Source: Saccharofermentanales bacterium
Lineage (GTDB): Bacteria; Bacillota; Clostridia; Saccharofermentanales; DTU023
NCBI GenBank assembly: GCA_050951845.1
Contig: JBMNJV010000001.1
Location: 102,905 to 166,904 of the forward strand
Reading direction: 5' to 3'
DNA: 64,000 nt
The position numbers were made by a program, and so were the translations under genes. The notes beneath the pieces are model-generated. The model ran no database searches and was not told the DNA's origin. It was given only the letters and a program-made list of their open reading frames with translations. Positions 9,250-18,105 of the stretch are shown here, piece after piece; position 1 is the stretch's first letter; every line of letters begins with the position of its first letter.

Positions 9250-12200
9250 TTATTTATCTTGTTTTAATTTTCTTCTTGTAATAACAAGCATAACTCCCAA
9301 TAAGATTAATACTGTCATAAAGATGGTTCCCATTGAGGATTCGCCCGTTTGAACAACAGGATTTGTTGCACCTTGTGCAGGTGGTATTGTAGTATCCGCA
9401 GGAGTGGTTGTAACTTTAACTGTCGTCTCTGCCGGTTTGTAGGAAGCAACAAAATAATAGTAACGTTCCGCGGTGTTGTTTATTACTGTATCACCCGACA
9501 TCTCCAGACTCCATTTATCAAAGGTATAAGACGGATCCACATGTGTTGCCGTCGGAACGATTAAACCGTTTGCTAAAGCATCTGCCCAGGTAATGTCTTT
9601 TAAAGCATCGAATGCGATAACTGTTCCTGTGTCAAATGTCGGATTATATTTTAACCAACCGGCTCCTGTCGGATCAAAGTACACCCTGATATAATTGTCG
9701 GGAATCGGACTATCAATATCCGCACCAACCGGAATGACTTTAACAAGAGCACTCGTTTCTGTAGGCTCCGGTTCCGTAGGTTCCGGTTCCGTAGGTTCAG
9801 TTTCTGCAGGCTCCGTTTCCGTTGGCTCCGTTTCTGTAGGTTCCGGTTCTGTTGGTTCCGGTTCCGTTGGTTCCGGTTCTGTAGGTTCTTCTGCTTTTTC
9901 CTCTACTAATTCACTTCCCGGAATTATGTCTTTGCTTCCGTCCGGATACGTAATTGTTATGTCTCCATTATCTGCAACTGTTATATCTGTTCCTTCCGGG
10001 AAATTATTCTTATTAGCTTCTTCAAATTTCTTCTTTAATTCAGCTTTTTCTTCGTCAGTTAATTTGTTCTTATCTTTAACTTCCGTCTTTTCCGGAACAA
10101 TCGGCTCTATTGTGTCTGCCAGTGCTTTCACAATAATTAATACCGTGATTTCTTCGCTTGATCCGTCTTTATATTTTATTACTACTATAGCTTCTTTATT
10201 TCCGGGCGTTGATATATTAACCGGTTCCTTAAATTCAAATGTCGTTCCTTCCGGGAAATCAGCTGCATTGGCTAGTGAATCTTCAGCTTTCGGTTCTTGT
10301 CCTGAGATGACTTCCTGATCCACAGCAATCGGGTCGAAAGTATCGGCTTGAGTCGGTTTCGGATTTATAAATATTGTTACCGCAACTTCTTCACTTGATC
10401 CGTCTTCGTATTTTACTACGACTATAGCCTCTGTACTGCCGGGTATTGATGTGTCAACCGGTTCCTTGAATTCAAATGTAGTTCCTGCCGGTAATACAGC
10501 TGCATTGGCTATTGAATCTTCCGCTTTCGGTATTCCGCCAAGTTCAACAATTTGATCTTGAGCTACCGGATTGCACATATCAACATATAATATCTCAGGC
10601 GGTTCGGGTTGGGTCGCAGTTCCTTCAACTACAGTCAGCTCAACCGAAACCTCTTCGCTTGATCCGTCCGGATACGTTACTACAACTGTTACAGTCTGCG
10701 GACCAGGCTTTGATGTGTCCGGTACTTCATTTTCCGGGTATTCAAACTTTGTCTCAGCCGGTAATTTATCAACATTGGCTATTAAATCCTTTGCTTCCGG
10801 TATTGCATCCTGGTCAACTTCCTGATCTTTGGCAATTGGCTCATAAGTATCAGCTAAAGTAGGCTTTGGATTGACAACAACTATTACTTCAACCCGATCG
10901 ACTGAACCGTCTGAAGAATATGTGACCAAAACTACGGCTGATTTTCTGCCTGCTGTTGATGTGTCAACCGGCGTTTCATATGAAAAAGTTGTATCTGCCG
11001 GCAATATATCAGTATTGGCTATTGAATTCTTGGCATCAGGTATTTCTCCTATTTCAACAGCTTGCGTTTTACCTATCGGATTATAGCTGTCTGCTTTTAT
11101 GGGTCCGACTACCACCGGAATAATAACTTGGATTTTTTCACCGTTTGATAAATCTGCTTCTCTGCCATTCGGTAATTCTACCTCAACAACAGCTTGAGTA
11201 CCTCCCGCTTTATTTACATCAGGTTGAGTTATTAGCGTTACCTTTGATCCTTCCGGAAGATTTTTAATTTTATTTATATAATCTTGAAGTACCGGTTGTA
11301 CTCCAAATGGTGTTTTAACTGCATCTGACACTTGCGGATCCCACACTTTCGGGTCGGTGTCCGCATCAAGTTCATCTTTATCGGATACACCATCATTATC
11401 ATCATCCAGATCGCCTTCTACAAGTACACTGCCTGTTTCAGGATCTACGATGCCTGCGTCCAGATCTACTTTTCCGTCAGCATCGGTGTCTCTGTACATT
11501 GTTATTTCTACTGTTTTCTTTACGGCAGATCCTTGCTTATCAGTTACTGTCACAGTTACTTCGATTACTCTTATTTCTTCGTCGTTACACCAATCAGTTA
11601 CTTTTGGCGTGCCTGTAATTTGTTTTGTCGCTTCATCATAATATAAGCCTGAATCTTCCGGTACCTCAACTATTACTGTTGATGTTTCAGGAACTTCAAT
11701 CTGAACTGCTGTAATGGCATTTCTTTCCACTACATTCTGTTTTTCCGGTGTAATGGTTACTTCACCTGTTGTAGCAACAGGTACAGAGTCTGCATCTTTC
11801 GGATCGGTGCCTGCCGCTATTTCATCCGCATCTGAGTAGCCGTCACCATCATCATCCAGATCGCCTTCTACAAGTATATCGCCTGTTTCAGGATCTGCGA
11901 TTCCTGCGTCTAAGTCTACTTTTCCGTCACCGTCAGTATCTCTGTATACCTTAATAGTTATCGATTTGGTCGCTACATTATCCTCAACATCTTTTGCAGT
12001 GATTGTTACCGTGAAGTCTCGCGTTTCTTCATAGTCAGGAGCATTTGTATCATCCCAATCCGTCAATTTTGCCGGAGTGCCTTCGATTTGCCCTGTTTCA
12101 GCGTTATAGTTCAGACCCTGCGGCAATCCTTCAACCGTGACTTCTTTAACACCGGCATTGTCCGTAACATTTACCGGTAACGGGGTGATTTCCTTTCCTT

Positions 12201-15200
12201 CGATTGCCCAAATGTCATCTGCATCAATCACCGGGAGCATACTGTCACTAATTGATACCTTCACCTCAATTTCATCTTCCGTACCATCCGGGTAACGGAC
12301 AATCACCAGAACATAATGATCTCCCGGCTCTTTAACGTTAGGCAGACTGCCGGGATCATCAACCAGGATTAATGGCTGAGGTATGGGATTTCCTTCACCA
12401 TCATCTTCCGGATATCCCGTTGTAATTACAGCGAAGACCTGAGCTTCAGTGATCCCCTGGCCGTCATACTCTTTACTTATATCTGCAGCGCTTGGCTCGT
12501 ATTGTTCTGCATCCGGTACTTTAGATACAGCAGTATAGACCGAATCCGACGCATTACCCAGATAATCATAATAAGTTGCTTTGATGATTTGATTTTCTTC
12601 GAATTTCTTATTGTCAGGAAGTGTGAAGTTCAAAACGGTGACATTCTCTTTTGTTTCAACAGCTCCTGTTATGGGATTACTCAGATCAATGCTTTCGACT
12701 GTTTCAGAGAAGGTGTTGCCATCTCCATCCTCCCAAACTCCTGTCGGCTTGCCCTCTGTATCATACCGGCGTGTCAAGACGTATTGATCACTATCAAGGT
12801 GAAGAATGATCTTGTCGACATCCCGGATATCGGCTTCGCCGTCACTTGCAGCGATATTGGTTATTTTCAGGATGCTCGTTTCTTCTTTAGGCTGTACTAT
12901 ATAAGGTGGTGTAGGCGGTTCCAAATCTATGACGATAGCACCACCGCTTGTCACCTGCTCATTTCCTGCCGGATTCTCCTCTGTCGTTGTTATGTCAGTC
13001 TTGTTGGATTCCAGCTTGCCTGGCAAAATCTGAGTCACAAAGACTTTATTGTTCGCAAATTTCCTGACATCCGCCGGGGACAAGTTGATCTCTAACGTGC
13101 CGTCGCCATTTTCTATCTCTTTTCCGCTGATACCCGGAATATAAATCCTCGTGTAGGTATCATCGTCATTTTTGCTGTAAAGCTGAATCTGCGCATTTTG
13201 AGTTCCCAGAATAGTAAGGACGGCATTGCCATTCTCATCTCCGGTGCTCTGAGTGATACTCGTGATGGAATCAGTAGTCGATTTCTGACCGATCGTCAAG
13301 GTGAAGTCGTCTTTGGTCGAGACATTGCCAAAGACGTCTTCCGCACTGATGATGATGGTGTATTGACCCAGTTGGTCATCCGGCAGAACATCCGCTGTCT
13401 TGCCGGAGAATTTGCCTGTATTCGGATCGAAGGTAATACCATCGGGTAACGACGATACAGACTCGCCGTCTTTGGTGACGGTGTAGCTGAGTTTTGCATC
13501 TTCATCGTTTGTCGTGACTTGCCCGTCCGTATCACTGATCAGATCACCGGTTTCAAGATTAAAACTGGTAGCGGTAATTGAAGGCGGAACCAAATCCAGG
13601 GCGGGCACATCAAACGTCTTCGGTGCGTGAGTATCCGCAGGATCTTCGCCATAAATCACATAGTCTGTTCTTTCGCTCTCCGGAACAGCAAACGTCAGCT
13701 TCCCTGCAGGGTCAGGCTGAATCGTAATCTCGTTGTTTTCATCATCCCTGACCGCTACAAATTCGTTATCATTATCCAGATAGCCCAGAGTATAGTTTGC
13801 ACCGGCATAGGAACCTGCAGGGATTTCCGCGGAAATCACATGATGAGTGACTACACCGGAATTGTTCTTAAGATGCGGCTCTTGCCTGATATTTGTAAGA
13901 ACAAGTTCCGTATAGGGATGGACTTCTTTTGAAGCGTACTCTGAAGCAGCCGGTGTCTCTTTATTGCTGGTAAATGCTGCAAACACCCGATCAATATCCT
14001 TAAAGCTTAAAGGGCTCCCCTCTACCGCAGAAGAAACAGTCAAAAGACCGTCCGCCTCAGTTAGTTTCAAGTCCGGATCTTCCGAAGTCCACTGGTTTTC
14101 ACCAACTTTGCTGAACAGCTTCGGAGCGGCTGCCTCACCCAGTTTCAGATAAAGGTACTTGACATTGTCAGTCTGCGGACTGTCAATAACGATAGTCGTG
14201 TGGTTCTTCTGTATTCTGTGAATATTAGGCGGGAAAATATTAACCACGAAATTTTTCAAAGTGAATTCATAATCATCTGTCTCATTTACAGTCTGGACTG
14301 CGCCGGGCTGGGTGCTGACAGCGACTGCCATGTAAGTGTGCAGAACACTCTCACTGTCTCTGAGGCTGATGGCGGTCCATTTTGAGAGATTATCGCTTTG
14401 ACCCAGCATGGTGATGTACATGGATGCCCAGGTTCTTTTGTTGTTGAAGTGATTGATAATGTTTTCTTCCGAGTATAATTCGGGTTCCTGCGCGCTGAAC
14501 TCCGTCATCAAATAAGAGTATTTCCGACCGTTGGCATCATGGCCTTCCTGAGGAGCCCACGTCCATGGTTCCCCATCCTCTCCGGCACTGTAAAAGCCCG
14601 GAATGATTTCATACTTGGTTGGATCCATGGTCTTGCCTTCAGTAGTACGCAGAAGAACCATGGCTACTTGACTGTTACCGAACGGCGGGTCGTTAGCAGC
14701 AACCGGCGGATCATTGTGATCCGGATCAGCCACATGGGCTTCGTAGTCCGCCTTATCAGTATCTTTTGTGTACCATTCCTTGATCGCCGTCATGTTCACC
14801 AAAGGCTTATACTGGGCATAAAGGTGAATGGTTGCAATACCGTTTTCGTTGACGATAGGAGTGTCAATGGTCTTCCATTCATTAGTATGATTTACAGGCT
14901 GTTGCGGTTCTTCATTTAGCTGCAGCTGGAAACCTTCGCCGGTGCTTACTTTGACCTTGCTTCCATTGGTATAAAGCTCATGAACCTGAGTTTCACCGGA
15001 AACCGTCCTGCTTTCAGACCAGCCGACAAAATAAGCGTCGTCCTTCTTGAAACCCTTGTCAAAGAGCACGTTTCCTTCCTTTTTGAGATAAGCCGTCAAT
15101 TCCCCGTTTCCATCTGTGACACTCGCAAGGGGCAATGCTACAGTATGAGTAACCTCTTCTCCTTCATTACCGTTGTTACTGTGGAGAACGATATTATATT

Positions 15201-17832
15201 GTTTCAGATCCTTCTCCCAGGCTGCGTAGACGGTTCGTCCCGTATCCACCGGGGAGGTCTTCGTAAATCTGTAATTGGAATCTTCTTCCCACTGTGAAAC
15301 TTCTGTAAGTGCGGGCAGACCGTTGTCCGGATCATCAAAATCTCTTTTGCTCATGGAATCAACCGGTTTGGTTGTCCAGCCCAGGAAAGTATAGCCTGAT
15401 CTTTCAGGAGCATCGCCTTCTCTTCCGTAAAAGAGTCTGGACTTATAAACATCATCATCTAAATTCGTAATAGCTTTTCCTTCATAATCGGAGAAGTATT
15501 TCTCACCCGATCCCGATGTCCAAATATCTCCATTAATATCTAAATAGAGGACATTTTCATCTGCAAATCCATTTGGTTGGTATTCCGCATCTTCATAAGC
15601 TTTCTTGTTGATAGGCACAATTCTTTCAACGATAGTACCTGTATTATCATTGACATTGAACTTGACCTTTGCCTGCATACGATAAGTTGATGAAACCGAT
15701 CTGAAATAGCCGGCAGCAGCATTGGAAAAGTGGATGGACATGTCCTTTTTCAAGTCTTTTCCTGTAGGCAGAGAGACGCTGAAAGGATAGCCTTGTTCAT
15801 ATCCTTCAGTTTCTCCGTCATATTCTTCGCCTTCAGCCATAAAGGTTTCAGCAGTTGTACTTGAATAGACAGCTTGAAATCCTGTATCATCGCTGAATCT
15901 TGAGCTGACGTAAGCATTAGGATATTTACTGTGGCCGGTAACTTTGGTGGAGTCTGTAAAAAATTCATCGACATGAGGCGTATTGGCACTTCGATTGACA
16001 AAGATCCCTGTCCTTACATCGGAATTGGGCATAAGATAAACTCTGTTGGCTGAGGTAGCTCCGCTATCCTCCGTAAGAATATATTCTTGCCCGTTGATCT
16101 TCATCTTGATGTTTTCCGGTGTATTGGTCATTGAGTCGAAAAGGGTAAAGGTGATCGTACTGCCGGCATTTATGGTAAGTCCAGCCTCTACATTCAAAAT
16201 ACAGGACCCGTTCTTGTAGGGAGCTACGGTATAGCCTGCACCGTTACTGCTCGGGCTTCCATATTTGACTTCTCCGCCGGCATTTTTCTTCATATTGCCA
16301 ATGGCACGTTGATAATTATTACCTGATCCCGCTTTGAAATAAGCGCGGGCAGATCCCGCCATACCGGAAAATTCAATAGGTTGTCCTGCACCAACTGTAA
16401 TATTCGTATTCGGTATAAAACTGTAGGTCGTCTGCCTTGCGTCAGGATTTGTTGAATTTGTAGCTATATAGGAAGTGGACAGACTCAGAGTTGAATTGTT
16501 CACGTCGCCAAAGAGCTCGTCCATCATCTCCTTGTCTACGTTGTAAACAAAACGCACATAGTCTGAGCGCTTCTGATGCCCGTGCAGATAGACATTCTTA
16601 ATGGAATCTGTTTTGACAACATTAGCATTCGCCACGGCGTGGGTTCCCACATTCGTTGTTCCCGACGGAAAAAGCTTCCATGTCATCGTCTCGACGCTGG
16701 TACCGGTTGAGCCGCTTTCAAATTCACTCGCCTTGATGAAGGTTGCGGTATTGCCCCAGGTATTCCCATACATATCCAGCATTCTCATCTGACCGACAGT
16801 ACCGCTGTCATCTGCCACGAGGGCGTCATAAATGCGCTTGTCCATGGTCTGGCGAATTCCCAGACTGGAATTCAGATATATGCCATTGTCCGCAATGAGT
16901 CTCGGCAAGTAATAGTTGGGGGCAATTTTGTAATATACGATCAGTCTGCCGTTCTCATTATCGTAGACAACAGACTGCGCAGCTGAGCGATAGATATCCA
17001 TGGGCAGATATGTATTGGGAATCATATTGGACATGGATGCTGTTTTGAAGGGAGCCATCACTCTGAACGTGACGTCGGAAACACCTTCGGTTACTGTCTT
17101 GCCCTTATAATCACCATTCTCATAGTATTCATATTTACCCAGTACCGGTATATTGTTGCTGCCGGTCTGCTTATAAACCATATTGCCGTTGTAGTAACGC
17201 ATACCGACTGTGTAATCCTGATTAAACTCCCCGGAATTCAGTACAAGATAGAGCTTTGATTTCATGTAGTCTGAGTTTGTTGGCATGTTGGGATATACTT
17301 TGGTAACCGGGGCTGTAAACAGATTATTTGCAGTGAAAGCCGGATCTGTTTTTGACCATGTAATGGCCCCATCGTTTAAGTAAACATTGGTGAATTTACT
17401 GACGTCGGACTCCGTCGCTGAATAGGACATCCTGAAGAAACTTTTATCCTTATCGACATAAGCGGCCAGTCTCGGATCGATGAAAAACTTCGCCGTTTTC
17501 CAGTACGTTCTGAAAGAATCGGAAGAATACGATTCCGAATCCGGAAACATGCTCAGCTCAAATTCCAGAACCCTCTGTCCGGCATCGTTTGTGTAGAAAT
17601 GGCGGTAGGAAAAACCGGCAGTGCCGATCCCTATTCCCGATTTCGTCAACCCATCTTCCAGAGGCCACTCGTTTAAGACCTCCTCTTCATTATTCCAGTT
17701 AAAATTTGTTTTATATGACTCTTCGGCCTCTAACTTCATGGGAAAAGCTGCGTAAACTATGAATCCGGCTAACAAGAGTGTTACAAACCACTTTAGTATC
17801 TTATGCTTACTTTCATAATTTATTTTACCCAT
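9250..17832 (-). CDS. Giant cell-wall-anchored surface protein/adhesin
   Basis: 2,860 aa from ATG 17832 (AGGTG RBS).
- N-terminal signal/TM: WFVTLLLAGFIVYAAF.
- Listeria-Bacteroides-type repeats: GYTFLGWTTKP...VYAAWEK.
- Two D-rich thrombospondin-type-3-like Ca-binding modules.
- At least 4 Rib-like repeats (VTYPDGSSEEV).
- PEPTE linker.
- C-terminal sorting signal: VVQTGES + hydrophobic helix + RRKLKQDK. Confidence 0.9.
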   Translation of the reverse strand: MGKINYESKHKILKWFVTLLLAGFIVYAAFPMKLEAEESYKTNFNWNNEEEVLNEWPLEDGLTKSGIGIGTAGFSYRHFYTNDAGQRVLEFELSMFPDSESYSSDSFRTYWKTAKFFIDPRLAAYVDKDKSFFRMSYSATESDVSKFTNVYLNDGAITWSKTDPAFTANNLFTAPVTKVYPNMPTNSDYMKSKLYLVLNSGEFNQDYTVGMRYYNGNMVYKQTGSNNIPVLGKYEYYENGDYKGKTVTEGVSDVTFRVMAPFKTASMSNMIPNTYLPMDIYRSAAQSVVYDNENGRLIVYYKIAPNYYLPRLIADNGIYLNSSLGIRQTMDKRIYDALVADDSGTVGQMRMLDMYGNTWGNTATFIKASEFESGSTGTSVETMTWKLFPSGTTNVGTHAVANANVVKTDSIKNVYLHGHQKRSDYVRFVYNVDKEMMDELFGDVNNSTLSLSTSYIATNSTNPDARQTTYSFIPNTNITVGAGQPIEFSGMAGSARAYFKAGSGNNYQRAIGNMKKNAGGEVKYGSPSSNGAGYTVAPYKNGSCILNVEAGLTINAGSTITFTLFDSMTNTPENIKMKINGQEYILTEDSGATSANRVYLMPNSDVRTGIFVNRSANTPHVDEFFTDSTKVTGHSKYPNAYVSSRFSDDTGFQAVYSSTTAETFMAEGEEYDGETEGYEQGYPFSVSLPTGKDLKKDMSIHFSNAAAGYFRSVSSTYRMQAKVKFNVNDNTGTIVERIVPINKKAYEDAEYQPNGFADENVLYLDINGDIWTSGSGEKYFSDYEGKAITNLDDDVYKSRLFYGREGDAPERSGYTFLGWTTKPVDSMSKRDFDDPDNGLPALTEVSQWEEDSNYRFTKTSPVDTGRTVYAAWEKDLKQYNIVLHSNNGNEGEEVTHTVALPLASVTDGNGELTAYLKKEGNVLFDKGFKKDDAYFVGWSESRTVSGETQVHELYTNGSKVKVSTGEGFQLQLNEEPQQPVNHTNEWKTIDTPIVNENGIATIHLYAQYKPLVNMTAIKEWYTKDTDKADYEAHVADPDHNDPPVAANDPPFGNSQVAMVLLRTTEGKTMDPTKYEIIPGFYSAGEDGEPWTWAPQEGHDANGRKYSYLMTEFSAQEPELYSEENIINHFNNKRTWASMYITMLGQSDNLSKWTAISLRDSESVLHTYMAVAVSTQPGAVQTVNETDDYEFTLKNFVVNIFPPNIHRIQKNHTTIVIDSPQTDNVKYLYLKLGEAAAPKLFSKVGENQWTSEDPDLKLTEADGLLTVSSAVEGSPLSFKDIDRVFAAFTSNKETPAASEYASKEVHPYTELVLTNIRQEPHLKNNSGVVTHHVISAEIPAGSYAGANYTLGYLDNDNEFVAVRDDENNEITIQPDPAGKLTFAVPESERTDYVIYGEDPADTHAPKTFDVPALDLVPPSITATSFNLETGDLISDTDGQVTTNDEDAKLSYTVTKDGESVSSLPDGITFDPNTGKFSGKTADVLPDDQLGQYTIIISAEDVFGNVSTKDDFTLTIGQKSTTDSITSITQSTGDENGNAVLTILGTQNAQIQLYSKNDDDTYTRIYIPGISGKEIENGDGTLEINLSPADVRKFANNKVFVTQILPGKLESNKTDITTTEENPAGNEQVTSGGAIVIDLEPPTPPYIVQPKEETSILKITNIAASDGEADIRDVDKIILHLDSDQYVLTRRYDTEGKPTGVWEDGDGNTFSETVESIDLSNPITGAVETKENVTVLNFTLPDNKKFEENQIIKATYYDYLGNASDSVYTAVSKVPDAEQYEPSAADISKEYDGQGITEAQVFAVITTGYPEDDGEGNPIPQPLILVDDPGSLPNVKEPGDHYVLVIVRYPDGTEDEIEVKVSISDSMLPVIDADDIWAIEGKEITPLPVNVTDNAGVKEVTVEGLPQGLNYNAETGQIEGTPAKLTDWDDTNAPDYEETRDFTVTITAKDVEDNVATKSITIKVYRDTDGDGKVDLDAGIADPETGDILVEGDLDDDGDGYSDADEIAAGTDPKDADSVPVATTGEVTITPEKQNVVERNAITAVQIEVPETSTVIVEVPEDSGLYYDEATKQITGTPKVTDWCNDEEIRVIEVTVTVTDKQGSAVKKTVEITMYRDTDADGKVDLDAGIVDPETGSVLVEGDLDDDNDGVSDKDELDADTDPKVWDPQVSDAVKTPFGVQPVLQDYINKIKNLPEGSKVTLITQPDVNKAGGTQAVVEVELPNGREADLSNGEKIQVIIPVVVGPIKADSYNPIGKTQAVEIGEIPDAKNSIANTDILPADTTFSYETPVDTSTAGRKSAVVLVTYSSDGSVDRVEVIVVVNPKPTLADTYEPIAKDQEVDQDAIPEAKDLIANVDKLPAETKFEYPENEVPDTSKPGPQTVTVVVTYPDGSSEEVSVELTVVEGTATQPEPPEILYVDMCNPVAQDQIVELGGIPKAEDSIANAAVLPAGTTFEFKEPVDTSIPGSTEAIVVVKYEDGSSEEVAVTIFINPKPTQADTFDPIAVDQEVISGQEPKAEDSLANAADFPEGTTFEFKEPVNISTPGNKEAIVVIKYKDGSSEEITVLIIVKALADTIEPIVPEKTEVKDKNKLTDEEKAELKKKFEEANKNNFPEGTDITVADNGDITITYPDGSKDIIPGSELVEEKAEEPTEPEPTEPEPTEPEPTETEPTETEPAETEPTEPEPTEPEPTETSALVKVIPVGADIDSPIPDNYIRVYFDPTGAGWLKYNPTFDTGTVIAFDALKDITWADALANGLIVPTATHVDPSYTFDKWSLEMSGDTVINNTAERYYYFVASYKPAETTVKVTTTPADTTIPPAQGATNPVVQTGESSMGTIFMTVLILLGVMLVITRRKLKQDK
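9755..9890 (-). repeat. 15-bp in-frame tandem repeat (about 9 units) encoding the (P-E-P-T-E)n linker of the adhesin
   Basis: ggttccggttccgta-type units read directly. Translation is EPTEPEPTEPEPTEPEPTETEPTETEPAETEPTEPEPTEPEPTE. Confidence 0.9.
10120..11100 (-). repeat. Four ~80-aa Rib-like domain repeats inside the adhesin (boundaries approximate)
   Basis: Repeated pattern AD(T/S)Y(E/N)PI..DQ.V....IP.A.DSIAN...LPA.T.F.(F/Y)...VDTS.PG....V.V.Y.DGS.E.V.V...V seen four times in the translation. Confidence 0.7.
11335..11955 (-). repeat. Two ~150-bp D-rich modules (about 11335-11500 and 11795-11955), roughly 90% identical at DNA level over ~100 bp, each following an Ig-like segment
   Basis: YRDTDGDGKVDLDAGIADPETGDILVEGDLDDDGDGYSDADE versus YRDTDADGKVDLDAGIVDPETGSVLVEGDLDDDNDGVSDKDE. 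Confidence 0.8.
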
Positions 17833-18105
17833 CAAACTGCACCTTTCTCATTAAATCTCACTTCACTATATTCATACACTACAAGTTTACAGATTTAATC
17901 ACATTAAATCTTCAGATTAAAGTAATTTCTATATAAAATGAGTCTACCTATTTCCAGCTATACTTTCAAATTTCTCTTGGAATATACTATAATCGGAATA
18001 TACATTGAATATCTAAGCACTTAGATTTACTTTTTTACTAACAATAATTCCGGGTGTTTTTGTCATTTTTTGAAATATTTAGCGGACACAAAGATAATTT
18101 GGAAG

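Noticed and set aside
9695-10318. 207-aa plus-strand ORF rich in GSGSVGSGSV
   Set aside because: It is the antisense shadow of the PEPTE/Rib repeat region of the 8.6-kb adhesin gene. It has repeat-driven low complexity and no RBS. The same reasoning applies to 42028-42426 (SSAFSSAF, antisense of the EEKAE linker).
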